From: a virus
Strand: one strand, 5' to 3'
Virus record (IMG/VR): IMGVR_UViG_3300045988_084973
DNA length: 41,330 nucleotides
A program made the translations under genes and the position numbers. Shown here one piece after another: positions 13,842 through 22,748 of the stretch (positions are counted from its first letter, which is position 1; each line of letters starts with the position of its first letter). The notes below the pieces were generated by a model. The model worked only from the letters and a program-made list of their open reading frames with translations, searched no databases and was not told the origin of the DNA.

Positions 13842-14141
13842 ATGACAAGCCTCGCCTTTACCGCCTTTATCAAAGCCAAAGGCTATACCACCAAAGGCGC
13901 GCTGGCTGATGCCTGCGGCATGGACCGCACAGTCTTTTGTGACCGCTGCCGGGGCCGCTCTCCCTGGCTCTGGAAAGAAGCCTGCAAGGTTTGTTCCGTG
14001 CTGGACATCTCCCTGGACGACTTTGCCGCCTACTTCCCCGCCGCCGCCGTCCGCCGGTCAACCCCCGTCAAGCCCAAATCCGACCGCGAACAGCTGGCCG
14101 ACGCGCTGCAGCTTGCCGCTGACCTCCTCAAAAAAGCGTAG
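13842..14141 (+). CDS. HTH-type early regulator
   Basis: 99 aa. TKGALADACGMDRTVFCDRCRGRSP..ACKVCSVLDISLDDF. Confidence 0.65.
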   Translation: MTSLAFTAFIKAKGYTTKGALADACGMDRTVFCDRCRGRSPWLWKEACKVCSVLDISLDDFAAYFPAAAVRRSTPVKPKSDREQLADALQLAADLLKKA

Positions 14142-14203
14142 GAATTGCTTGGAAAGGCGGAGCAAAGGAAAAGCCATGCTTGCCCATACAATGGCAAGGC
14201 TAT

Positions 14204-14292
14204 GCGATGCTATGAAAGGCAATGGCGATGCTCTGAAAGGCATTGGCGATGCGCAGCTTGGAAAGGAATGGATTTGCATTGGAAAAGCACCG
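14204..14292 (+). repeat. Iteron-like tandem repeats: 21-bp units GCGATGCT(A/C)TGAAAGGCA(A/T)TG x2 plus two degenerate units
   Basis: Units at 14204..14224 and 14225..14245, degenerate units at 14246..14270 and 14271..14292. GCAAAGG and GGCAAAGCA motifs recur through to 14435. Confidence 0.6.
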
Positions 14293-14478
14293 TTTAGCAT
14301 CGTTTTGCAATAGCAAAGAGATGTATGGAGCAGCAAAGGCACAGCTACGCAGAGCACAGCAGTGGCAAAGCAGGGCGTAGAAGGGCACCGCAAAGGCGTA
14401 GCATTTCATTGCGACGCGACGGCAAAGCAAAGACTTGAAGAGCAACCGTAATTTATCAATTAGAAAGGACGACCACAA

Positions 14479-15084
14479 ATGAAAATCCGTATCACTTTAA
14501 CCGAAGAGGTTTTAGGTTCCAGCCCCAGCAATGAGGAGCTGCTGGCCGCTTACATCGCCAGCAAGGCCCCCACCGATGACCTGACCGCGCAGGAAGTCGA
14601 CAACATCAAAGCGCAGGCGGCAGAGGAAAGAACGACCATTTTTCCCAAGACTGCCGACGGAACGCCGTTCATCTACGATTATCAGATCAAGGGCATGTTT
14701 AAGGACAGCTGCAAGGCCCTTGCCACTGCCGGTAAGGCAGGCTATCCGGGCGGCAAGCACTGTGCCGCGTTGAAAGCTTACAAGAAAGCCATTGACGGCC
14801 TGATTTTCGTTTCCCCGCGTGAGATTCCATACAACCTTCACGGCCTAAAGATGGGCTTCTGTGAGCGCCCCCTGCGCGCACAGACCCCGATGGGTGAGCG
14901 CGTCAGCATCGCCAAGAGCGAGAGCGTGCCCGCCGGAGCAACCGCAGAATTTGAAATCGAATGCCTGGATGAAAAGCTGGAAGATATGGTACGCGAATGT
15001 TTGGACTACGGCGCAAAGCGCGGCTTGGGCCAGTGGCGCAACTCCGGCAAGGGCCGCTTTGAATGGGAGGAAGTAAAAGAATGA
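14479..15084 (+). CDS. Early protein of unknown function with a C-terminal G-h-G-x5-G-x-G glycine-rich loop (RAMP-like pattern, hypothesis only)
   Basis: AGAAAGGACGACCACAA then ATG. 201 aa, starts MKIRITLTEEVLGSSPS, ends ..YGAKRGLGQWRNSGKGRFEWEEV. Confidence 0.7.
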   Translation: MKIRITLTEEVLGSSPSNEELLAAYIASKAPTDDLTAQEVDNIKAQAAEERTTIFPKTADGTPFIYDYQIKGMFKDSCKALATAGKAGYPGGKHCAALKAYKKAIDGLIFVSPREIPYNLHGLKMGFCERPLRAQTPMGERVSIAKSESVPAGATAEFEIECLDEKLEDMVRECLDYGAKRGLGQWRNSGKGRFEWEEVKE

Positions 15085-15326
15085 TGGCGACAGCAACAAA
15101 AAAACGCCGCCCCTGTGCTGGCACACAGAGACGGCAGAACGAACAGAGCATCGCAAAAAGCTCTAACTATATTCTATCACTTACCAGTGCTGCCGTCAAG
15201 CTGGCAATCACCGCAGATTTGGTGCTGCTTCTGGCAGCGCTCGGCAGCCTGAACATTCCCGTAACCATCCTCGCACTGCTGGCCCTGAATCCGCTGTGCG
15301 GCAATCTTTTGGAGGCAACCAGATGA
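15081..15326 (+). CDS. Small membrane protein
   Basis: ATGA overlap with the upstream gene. Basic N-terminus, then LAITADLVLLLAALGSLNIPVTILALLAL. Confidence 0.5.
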   Translation: MMATATKKRRPCAGTQRRQNEQSIAKSSNYILSLTSAAVKLAITADLVLLLAALGSLNIPVTILALLALNPLCGNLLEATR

Positions 15327-16033
15327 AAGCATATAAAGGATTTGATAAAGACCTGAAATGCAAAGATTTCCAGTATGAAATCGGCAAGACCTACGAGGAA
15401 CCCACCGCCGAACTGTGCGAGAAAGGCTTTCACGCCTGCGAGTACCCGTTGGATGTATTTGAATACTACGCCCCCGGCAACATGAGCCGCTACTGTGAGG
15501 TGGATTTGGACGATGTGAGCGATAAAAAAAGCAACAAAGATAGCAAGCGCTGCGGCAAAAAGATTGCTGTGAAAGCAGAAATCGGCATTGCTGGGCTTGT
15601 AAAAGCTGCCGTTAAGTACACGATGGAGAAAGCCATCCCGGAAAACTCCAAACATGCTACAGGCTGGCGGGGCGCGGCATCTGCTACAGGCACTCAGGGC
15701 GCGGCATCTGCTACAGGCACTCAGGGCGCGGCATCTGCTACAGGCTGGCGGGGCGCGGCATCTGCTACAGGCGACCAGGGCGCGGCATCTGCTACAGGCA
15801 CTCAGGGCGCGGCATCTGCTACAGGCACAGAAAGCGTTGCTGCTGCGCTCGGCATTAATAGTAAAGCTAAAGGCGCTTTAGGATGCTGGATTGTGATTGC
15901 AGAATGGGAAAGCGACGAGAAATTTAACTGGAATCGTAAAGATGTGCAGTGCTTTAAAGTTGACGGTGAAAACATCAAGTCCGATACCTGGTACAAGCTG
16001 AAAAACGGCGAGCTTGTGGAGGTGTCCGAATGA
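15323..16033 (+). CDS. Phage protein with a conserved MKAYKGF..C..FQYE.GKTYE N-domain and an internal 9-aa repeat array
   Basis: 236 aa. Six tandem GAASATG(T/W/D)(Q/R)G units. Confidence 0.75.
   Translation: MKAYKGFDKDLKCKDFQYEIGKTYEEPTAELCEKGFHACEYPLDVFEYYAPGNMSRYCEVDLDDVSDKKSNKDSKRCGKKIAVKAEIGIAGLVKAAVKYTMEKAIPENSKHATGWRGAASATGTQGAASATGTQGAASATGWRGAASATGDQGAASATGTQGAASATGTESVAAALGINSKAKGALGCWIVIAEWESDEKFNWNRKDVQCFKVDGENIKSDTWYKLKNGELVEVSE
15656..15829 (+). repeat. 27-bp tandem repeat, six full copies plus a partial copy, in frame inside 15323..16033
   Basis: GCTACAGGC-NNNN-GGGGCGCGGCATCT units starting at 15656, 15683, 15710, 15737, 15764 and 15791. Confidence 0.9.
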
Positions 16034-16233
16034 CCAGCTTTTGGGGCCATCAAGATAACCCCTTTCCGCCCGCAGATGATAACCGCCCCATCTGCCCTAT
16101 TTGTGGTAAAAATTGCACCACCGTTTTCCGCCTTAAAAAGACTGGAGAAGTTTACGGATGCAATAAGTGCATAAGAGAGCAGGATGCCTGGGAATGGCAA
16201 AACGAACAGGAGGAACCCAATGAATTTATTTGA
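16030..16233 (+). CDS. Zinc-ribbon small protein
   Basis: 67 aa, CPICGKNC ... CNKC. Confidence 0.6.
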   Translation: MTSFWGHQDNPFPPADDNRPICPICGKNCTTVFRLKKTGEVYGCNKCIREQDAWEWQNEQEEPNEFI

Positions 16234-16537
16234 ACAGCTTTCCGCTGCTGCGGCAGCCACAAAGGCACTTAAACAGCCCGAAGCACGGTTTTTTGCATGC
16301 AACAACAACGGCATCGTTTCCGCTTACTACCCCAACGACCTGTACGCCATCGCATCCTTTACCGGCAGCCGCGTTTATGGCACGTCGAAGAAGCGTTACG
16401 TATCCCTTAACACCCCTTATGCAGGGCTGAAAATCGAGGTTCCCATCGTCCGCCCTGTACCGCTGGAGCACACCTGCCCGGCAGAATGCTACCGCATCCA
16501 CCTGACCACCCCCGACCCGGAAGGAGAAGCAATCTAA
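16220..16537 (+). CDS. Hypothetical early protein
   Basis: AGGAGGAACCCA then ATG at 16220. 105 aa. Confidence 0.55.
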   Translation: MNLFEQLSAAAAATKALKQPEARFFACNNNGIVSAYYPNDLYAIASFTGSRVYGTSKKRYVSLNTPYAGLKIEVPIVRPVPLEHTCPAECYRIHLTTPDPEGEAI

Positions 16538-17193
16538 TGAGCATCTATGAAACCCTGTCCAACATTCAAGTGGAACTCAAAGCCCCCAAGAATCTGTATA
16601 ACAAATTTGGCAGATACTACTACCGCAACGCCGAGAGCATCCTTGAAGCGGCCAAACCTCTGTGCGCCAAATATGGCTGCACACTGACCGTCTCCGATGA
16701 AATCCAGCTGATCGGTAACCGCTATTACGTCAAGGCCACCGCCACCGTGCAGGACAAGGACGGCAGCACCGCCAGCGTCACTGCCTTCGCCCGCGAGGAC
16801 GAGACCAAAAAGGGCATGGACGGCGCGCAGATCACCGGCACTGCATCCAGCTATGCCAGAAAATACGCCTTGAACGGCCTGTTCTGCATCGACGATACCA
16901 AAGATCCCGACACAAATGAATACCACAACCAGACCACAGAAGACCCCCAGGAGGTCACAGCATCGCCAGAAGTTACCGCAGCAGAACCGCAGCCTGTCAC
17001 AGCAGCGCCAGAAGTTACCGCACAGGTCGTAAAGGACATGGCAACAACTGCGCTGGCAGGATATGCACAGCGAACTGGTAAGGACAAAAAGACAGTCCAA
17101 ACAGAAGCAAAGACCTTTATTGGCAAGTTGTTTAAGGACTTCACAGATGATGATTGGCGCAGCGTTGCAAAGGAGTTTGAACACAGAAAATGA
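16537..17193 (+). CDS. erf: ERF-family single-strand annealing protein
   Basis: 218 aa. ..NKFGRYYYRNAESILEAAKPL.., ..GTASSYARKYALNGLF.. is typical of ERF. Repetitive acidic/Pro linker. Confidence 0.85.
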   Translation: MSIYETLSNIQVELKAPKNLYNKFGRYYYRNAESILEAAKPLCAKYGCTLTVSDEIQLIGNRYYVKATATVQDKDGSTASVTAFAREDETKKGMDGAQITGTASSYARKYALNGLFCIDDTKDPDTNEYHNQTTEDPQEVTASPEVTAAEPQPVTAAPEVTAQVVKDMATTALAGYAQRTGKDKKTVQTEAKTFIGKLFKDFTDDDWRSVAKEFEHRK

Positions 17194-17741
17194 AGCAACA
17201 AATCTCCATCAAACAGGCCGTTGTTATCGGCAACACAATCACGCTGGAATGTTCCCCGGCTGATTGCGATAAAGTCCGCGCTGTCATCGACGAAAACAAG
17301 CCCCTTGCTGCCGTCATCGGCACGGCCTCACAAAAGCGCAGCCTGTCTGCCAACGCTTATGCTTGGACGCTCATGAATCAGCTTGCCGCCAAAATCAACC
17401 GCCCTGTACTGGACATCTACCGCGATTTGATACGCGACATCGGCGGCAGCTCTGCTATTATCACCATTTCAGCCCCCGCCGCTAAGGCGTTTAAGGTCGG
17501 CTGGGAAGCAAAAGGCGATGGCTGGCAGGTGCATAAGTTGGACGAAATGGCAACCCCGCAGGGCGCGTTCTACACCCTGCAATGCTGGTACGGTTCCAGC
17601 GTGTTTGATACATCTCAGATGCACCGCCTGATTGAGCTGATTGTGCAGGAATGCCAACAGCAGAGCATTCCCACCATGACCCCGGAAGAAATCGCAAAAC
17701 TGAAAGGACTGACAGACGATGCGCCGACCGACGCACAATGA
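17190..17741 (+). CDS. NinB/Orf-like recombination mediator (tentative)
   Basis: QKRSLSANAYAWTLMNQLA and GSSVFDTSQMHRLIELIVQ parallel lambda NinB RSLDQNRKLWACLGDVS and STSRMRVGEFAELLELIQ. Confidence 0.5.
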   Translation: MKQQISIKQAVVIGNTITLECSPADCDKVRAVIDENKPLAAVIGTASQKRSLSANAYAWTLMNQLAAKINRPVLDIYRDLIRDIGGSSAIITISAPAAKAFKVGWEAKGDGWQVHKLDEMATPQGAFYTLQCWYGSSVFDTSQMHRLIELIVQECQQQSIPTMTPEEIAKLKGLTDDAPTDAQ

Positions 17742-18090
17742 ATACGGCATTCAGCTTGACCGAAACGGTTATGCGCCATCTATTATGCCAATTGATGGGT
17801 TTAAATGCTACAAATGCCAGCAATGGAAACCGACCGAGCGTCATGAAATCTTTTTTGGCAGCGGAAGCAAGTACAATGGCCGCCGCGATAAAAGCAAGCA
17901 ATACGGGCTTTGGGTTCCTCTGTGTGCAGATTGCCATAGAAACGCGCCTGATGCTGTACATAACTGTGCCGCTACGCGGCTGTGGCTTGAACAAGATGGC
18001 CAACGCCATGCAATGGCCTACTATCACTGGACGGTGGCAGATTTTCGCAGCCGCTTTTACAAAAACTATCTCGATATTACGGAGGACTAA
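17719..18090 (+). CDS. Cys/His-rich putative zinc-binding, nuclease-like phage protein
   Basis: 123 aa. CYKCQ...ERHEIFFG...LCADCH...VHN. Confidence 0.55.
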   Translation: MRRPTHNEYGIQLDRNGYAPSIMPIDGFKCYKCQQWKPTERHEIFFGSGSKYNGRRDKSKQYGLWVPLCADCHRNAPDAVHNCAATRLWLEQDGQRHAMAYYHWTVADFRSRFYKNYLDITED

Positions 18091-18093
18091 TCT

Positions 18094-18744
18094 ATGAAAG
18101 ACCCATCTTGGGAAGAGGCTGAGCTTACAAACCTAAAGAAGTATTATAGCTCGTACACAAATGAAGAACTTGTCAAGATATTCCCGAACCGCACTCTCCT
18201 TGGCATTTGCAAAAAAGCCAGAAAAATAGGTTTAAAACGTTCTGCACATTCCATTAGCGCCAATCGTTCTGCTGGTCAACGTAAAAGGAATTTTAACCAC
18301 GCCCCGAGATATACAGCAAAAGGCTACAAGATTATTTATGCCCCGGATTTTCACCGCGCTGACAAAAATGGGATGGTACTCGAACACATTTATATCTTTG
18401 AAAAGGAAACCGGGGTTGAAATTCCAAAAGGCTATTGCATCCATCACATTAATGGCAAAAAGGACGATAACCGAATCGAGAATTTGTGTATGCTGTCTAC
18501 GTCTGCGCACACAATTCTTCACAACTCCGGTAAAAAATTCTCTGACGAAAGAAAAAGTAAGATTTCAAAGGCTGCTAAAGAGCGTTTGAAAACAAGGTTA
18601 AATCACCCGCGTTACAAAAGCGTTGATTTATCAGAGATTGACAATCTTATAAAATCTGGAGTTACCGTAACTGAGGCCTGCAAAATGGCCGGCATCGATA
18701 AAACCACATATTATCACAAAAAGAAGGTAGAAAGTTATGCTTAA
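18094..18744 (+). CDS. Free-standing HNH homing-type endonuclease with a C-terminal HTH
   Basis: CIHHINGKKDDNRIENLCMLSTSAHTILH. The gene is AT-rich and wedged between recombination genes and ssb. Confidence 0.85.
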   Translation: MKDPSWEEAELTNLKKYYSSYTNEELVKIFPNRTLLGICKKARKIGLKRSAHSISANRSAGQRKRNFNHAPRYTAKGYKIIYAPDFHRADKNGMVLEHIYIFEKETGVEIPKGYCIHHINGKKDDNRIENLCMLSTSAHTILHNSGKKFSDERKSKISKAAKERLKTRLNHPRYKSVDLSEIDNLIKSGVTVTEACKMAGIDKTTYYHKKKVESYA

Positions 18745-19180
18745 TGTTGTTGCTATTATCGGAAGACTCGCTGCATCGCCGGAACTCAAAACCACGAACA
18801 GCGGTAAATCCGTCTGTTCTTTCCGCATCGCCAACGATTCCGGCTATAAGGATGCCAGCGGCCAGAGCCAGACAAACTGGCTGGACGTTACTGCCTGGGG
18901 CAAAACCGCAGAGTTTGTCTGCAAATACTTCCCCAAAGGTGCGCTGATCGCCATTGATGGCCGCTTACAGACCCGCCAGTATCAGGACAAGAACGGCCAG
19001 AACCGCACAGCGACCGAAATCGTGGCCCAGAACGCGAATTTCTGCGGCAGTAAGGAAAGTACTAGCCCCACCCCGCAGAACGCTGCACAGCGCCCCGCAG
19101 CCCACTCACAGCGCACGCAGGGCGAACCCGCTGCAGACTACGCCCCGATTGACGATGACGAGGGCGACCTCCCCTTTTAA
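18737..19180 (+). CDS. ssb: Single-stranded DNA-binding protein
   Basis: OB-fold N-terminus MLNVVAIIGRLAASPELKTT..; acidic tail DDDEGDLPF. Confidence 0.95.
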   Translation: MLNVVAIIGRLAASPELKTTNSGKSVCSFRIANDSGYKDASGQSQTNWLDVTAWGKTAEFVCKYFPKGALIAIDGRLQTRQYQDKNGQNRTATEIVAQNANFCGSKESTSPTPQNAAQRPAAHSQRTQGEPAADYAPIDDDEGDLPF

Positions 19181-19208
19181 TTTTTGAAAGAAAGGCAGGT
19201 GATGCACC

Positions 19209-19418
19209 GTGACACAATGTGATAGAATCCTTCGCCACTTAGAGAGCGGCGGCAGCTTGACCGCTGCACAGGCCATAAGCGAGTACGGCATATACCGCCT
19301 TGCCAGCCGCATCAACGATCTGAAAAAACAAGGCATCCCCATCCGTAAGCGGCAAGGAAAATCAAAAAACCGCTACGGAGAGAACGTCACATTTGCCGAG
19401 TATTACTTGGAGAAATAG
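19209..19418 (+). CDS. Small winged-helix/HTH protein
   Basis: GTG start. ILRHLESGGSLTAAQAISEYGIYRLASRINDLKKQG. Confidence 0.6.
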   Translation: MTQCDRILRHLESGGSLTAAQAISEYGIYRLASRINDLKKQGIPIRKRQGKSKNRYGENVTFAEYYLEK

Positions 19419-19421
19419 AAA

Positions 19422-20225
19422 ATGGGCAACGATGGATACATCAAACTGTACCGCCGGATGATGAAATGGGGCTGGTACACAGATACCCCGACAAAATGTG
19501 TGTTCCTGCATCTGCTTTTCCTCGCCTGCTATGAGCCTTGCTATTTTAGAGGAGTTCAGCTTGAAGCCGGGCAAACAGTCGCATCTATCCGGCAGATAGC
19601 GACAGATACCGGACTTTCTGTGAAGCAAGTTCGAACCGCAATTGAACACTTAAAACAGACACAAGAAGTGGCACAAAAATCATGTGGAAAATTCAGCGTG
19701 TACACGGTAAATAATTACACCGACTATCAGTGTATAGGCACAGAAACAGGCACGAATGAGGGCACAGCAAGGGCACAGCAAGGGCACAGCAAGGGCACAC
19801 ACCCTAATATAAAGAAGAATAAAGAAGATAAAGAAGTATATATGTCCACCCAAGATGCACCTGAAAATGAACCTACTTCAATGTTCGATCAGTTCTGGTA
19901 TGCTTACCCGAAAAAGACAGGAAAGCTAAAAGCCCGTGAAAGCTTTGCAAAGAACGTCAAAGATACTGCTACCATGAAATCCTTGCTTGATAGCCTCGCC
20001 TACTTAAAGACTACAGAGGGCTGGAAAAAAGAGAACGGCAGCTTTATTCCGATGCCGACAACGTTCCTTAACCAGCACCGGTGGGAAGATGAGACAGCGC
20101 AGCCACCAAAGCCGAAACCTGAACCGAAAAAGCGCGTCCCTATTTTTGACCGTGAATACACGCGGGAAGATATGCTGAATGGTGCGGTTCCAATAGTTGT
20201 CGGGTGGAAAGAGGTGGACGACTGA
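19422..20225 (+). CDS. Replication initiation / replisome-organiser protein (DnaD-like N-terminal winged helix)
   Basis: GYIKLYRRMMKWGWY..VFLHLLFLA.., then FDQFWYAYPKK. Lies immediately upstream of the helicase. Confidence 0.75.
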   Translation: MGNDGYIKLYRRMMKWGWYTDTPTKCVFLHLLFLACYEPCYFRGVQLEAGQTVASIRQIATDTGLSVKQVRTAIEHLKQTQEVAQKSCGKFSVYTVNNYTDYQCIGTETGTNEGTARAQQGHSKGTHPNIKKNKEDKEVYMSTQDAPENEPTSMFDQFWYAYPKKTGKLKARESFAKNVKDTATMKSLLDSLAYLKTTEGWKKENGSFIPMPTTFLNQHRWEDETAQPPKPKPEPKKRVPIFDREYTREDMLNGAVPIVVGWKEVDD

Positions 20226-21484
20226 TGGACACTGTAAAAGCAGAGATGTCTGTAATCGGCATCATGCTGGAATATCCAGAAAAGCAGGACGAAGCGTTTA
20301 AGAGCCTATCCGCTCAGATGTTCAGTATAAAAGAGCTTGGCAATATTTTCCTGCTTTGCAAAGAGATGCATTCCAGAGGCCAGCAGGGCGATACCATATC
20401 GGTAATTGCTAAATGCGGCGACGATATGAAAATGCTTGCCATGCAATGTGCGGAGACGATTCTTTCCATCAGCGGCTATAACACCTACATCAACTGCATT
20501 TTAGACGGTTACCGCAAACGCTGCATGATCTCCACGATGAGCAAGCTTGTTACCAGCAATGCAGATGTAGACGAAATGTACAGCACGGTTTCAGCCATGA
20601 TGCAAAAGCAGCAACGCATTATCGAGCATCAGCGCGAACGTAGCGCTAAAGATTTTGCGGATGGCATTGAGGACTTTCTGAAATGGATGAAAACGCCCAG
20701 CGATAACATCCAGACGGGGTTTTGCCAGTTGGATGCCATTACCGGCGGTCTTGCCCGCAGCGGCGTTACCGTTATTGCAGCACGCCCCGGCAAAGGCAAG
20801 TCAACGCTCGCCCTGCAGATGGCGGCACAGATTTCTCAAAACGTGCTTACCCTCTATCAATCAATGGAAATGAGCCGGGAGCAGCTATACACCGCTATCT
20901 TTTCCCGCTGGGAACAAATCGACAGCAAGCGCATTGCAAATCACGCGCTTACGCCAGAAGAAGAAACCAAGATTGCAGATGATGCCGAGTTTCTCAAAAA
21001 GCGGTACAAGCTCATTCTGGACGATTCCAGCCTGACAAGCCTTGAAGACGTAGAAGCGACCATCAAAGCACGCAAGCCGGAGGTGGTTGTCATTGACCAT
21101 CTGGGGCTTGTCGCACCGCCCAACGTGAAAGAAAAGCGTAACGACGAATTAGCGGCCCTTACACGGGGCTTAAAGCAGCTGGCAATGAAATATCATATCT
21201 GCATAATCGAGCTCGTACAGGCCGCGAGAGCCGCCGATACGGAGCTTATCAAAATGAGCGATATGTTCGGTTCTGCCACCATTGAGCATGATGCCGATAT
21301 GATTTTAGCTATCAACCCGGAACGGTACACCAGAGAGCGTGAACGCACAGAATCGAATCCGCCAAGCGAAAGCGACACAGTGCTGGAAATTGTCAAGAAC
21401 CGGCACGGCGCTTGCGGACAGTTGGATTTCATCTGGGTTAAACCGTTTCATATGTTTTGCGAGGTAGAAAAACATGCACGATAA
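20225..21484 (+). CDS. dnaB: DnaB-type replicative helicase
   Basis: Walker A ARPGKGKSTLALQMA, IIDHLGL, ..SATIEHDADMIL. Confidence 0.9.
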   Translation: MDTVKAEMSVIGIMLEYPEKQDEAFKSLSAQMFSIKELGNIFLLCKEMHSRGQQGDTISVIAKCGDDMKMLAMQCAETILSISGYNTYINCILDGYRKRCMISTMSKLVTSNADVDEMYSTVSAMMQKQQRIIEHQRERSAKDFADGIEDFLKWMKTPSDNIQTGFCQLDAITGGLARSGVTVIAARPGKGKSTLALQMAAQISQNVLTLYQSMEMSREQLYTAIFSRWEQIDSKRIANHALTPEEETKIADDAEFLKKRYKLILDDSSLTSLEDVEATIKARKPEVVVIDHLGLVAPPNVKEKRNDELAALTRGLKQLAMKYHICIIELVQAARAADTELIKMSDMFGSATIEHDADMILAINPERYTRERERTESNPPSESDTVLEIVKNRHGACGQLDFIWVKPFHMFCEVEKHAR

Positions 21485-21653
21485 ATTTACCGATAAAGAG
21501 TTTTGCGAAAGATTCAGCACAGTAGCTTACAATAAAGCACTTGAATTTTTGAATGAAGCACAGGAACTTATAGGTTCCGCCGATCAATTGTTTATCATAT
21601 ACAAGATTTACGCCGAAATGGCAGAGAGAATGAAAGAGCATGACCCGTTTTGA
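21474..21653 (+). CDS. 59-aa hypothetical protein
   Basis: ATG overlaps the dnaB stop. MHDKFTDKEFCERF... Confidence 0.35.
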   Translation: MHDKFTDKEFCERFSTVAYNKALEFLNEAQELIGSADQLFIIYKIYAEMAERMKEHDPF

Positions 21654-21828
21654 GATTATCGTATACTCACGCTCTACCGGCGATGTCCGGCATTCCTCTG
21701 CTAACTACCATACGCAGATGGCAGCCGAAAAGGAGCTGCAAAAGGCAGGCTTTACCCAAAACCCGCGCCTGCCGGACATATGGTACAGCGAGAAGTATTA
21801 CGCCAAAGTAAAGGAGATTGTGCCGTGA
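21640..21828 (+). CDS. 62-aa hypothetical protein
   Basis: ORF with translational coupling on both sides. Confidence 0.5.
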   Translation: MTRFEIIVYSRSTGDVRHSSANYHTQMAAEKELQKAGFTQNPRLPDIWYSEKYYAKVKEIVP

Positions 21829-22223
21829 TACAAAAATACATAATCTCCCTGCCCCCTATCACAAAAAAAAACTCCCAGCAGATACTTACCAACCACCGCA
21901 CCGGCAAGCCGTTCATCGCCCCCAGCAGGCAGTACAAGAAGTACGAACAGGCCGCTATGTGGTATCTCACCCCAAAGCCGAAAGCCCCGCTGTCAGGTCG
22001 TTACCGCGTCGCCACGGTGTTTTACATGCCGACTCGCCGCAAAGTAGACCTCACGAACTTAATGGAAGCTGCCCATGACACCCTTGTCGCCGCCAAAATC
22101 CTTGCAGACGATAATAACGCCATCATTGCCAGCGTGGACGGCTCCCGCGTGATGTACGACAAAGAAAACCCACGCACCGAAATTTTTATTGAGGAGATGC
22201 CGAACGATGAACAACCCGTGTAA
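21825..22223 (+). CDS. rusA: RusA-family Holliday junction resolvase
   Basis: GTGA overlap start. ..PPITKKNSQQI.., ..VDLTNLMEAAHDTLVAAKILADDN.. is typical of RusA. Confidence 0.8.
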   Translation: MIQKYIISLPPITKKNSQQILTNHRTGKPFIAPSRQYKKYEQAAMWYLTPKPKAPLSGRYRVATVFYMPTRRKVDLTNLMEAAHDTLVAAKILADDNNAIIASVDGSRVMYDKENPRTEIFIEEMPNDEQPV

Positions 22224-22413
22224 AGACTGCCCAGACCGCCATGCGCACTGCCACAGCGTTTGCAATCGTTACGGCGAGTATGCGGCCATGTTTGAGAAAA
22301 TCCGCGCACAGCGGCTTGCAGATGCCGCAGCGGACGCGGCAGATGCAGAGCGCGGAATTAAGATCCGCCGAGATGTCAGAAAATACGGATTATACAAAAC
22401 AGGAAAGAGTTGA
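22207..22413 (+). CDS. Cys/His-rich small protein
   Basis: MNNPCKDCPDRHAHCHSVCNRYGEY... Confidence 0.55.
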   Translation: MNNPCKDCPDRHAHCHSVCNRYGEYAAMFEKIRAQRLADAAADAADAERGIKIRRDVRKYGLYKTGKS

Positions 22414-22748
22414 AAGACGTGAAAGCAAGACTACACCCTACCCCGGCATTGCAGAAAGCCGTTGACGAATATGCCGAAGAAAAAATTAAGGACATTCAAT
22501 CCCGCGCCTATGAAGCGGTAATGAAAGAGCGCAACGACATTGCCACGCGGGCGACATATCTATGCCTGCTGGCCTGCTATCAGGCCGGCCTGTCGCCCAG
22601 GACCTTAGTCAGAATCCAGAATTACATGACCGGCCCGGTGGCCGACAAATACAATGAGTACCGCAACGAACAGCTTGCAGACCTTTGGGCACAGGTAACA
22701 CTACAGGGCATCGGCATTGATGCCAAAAAGACGGAGGAGCCGCTATGA
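22410..22748 (+). CDS. Hypothetical protein
   Basis: TTGA overlap start. 112-aa ORF. Confidence 0.5.
   Translation: MKDVKARLHPTPALQKAVDEYAEEKIKDIQSRAYEAVMKERNDIATRATYLCLLACYQAGLSPRTLVRIQNYMTGPVADKYNEYRNEQLADLWAQVTLQGIGIDAKKTEEPL

Noticed and set aside
15656-15829. CRISPR-like array
   Set aside because: The repeats are contiguous 27-mers without spacers. They are in frame within a protein-coding gene, and there are no cas genes.
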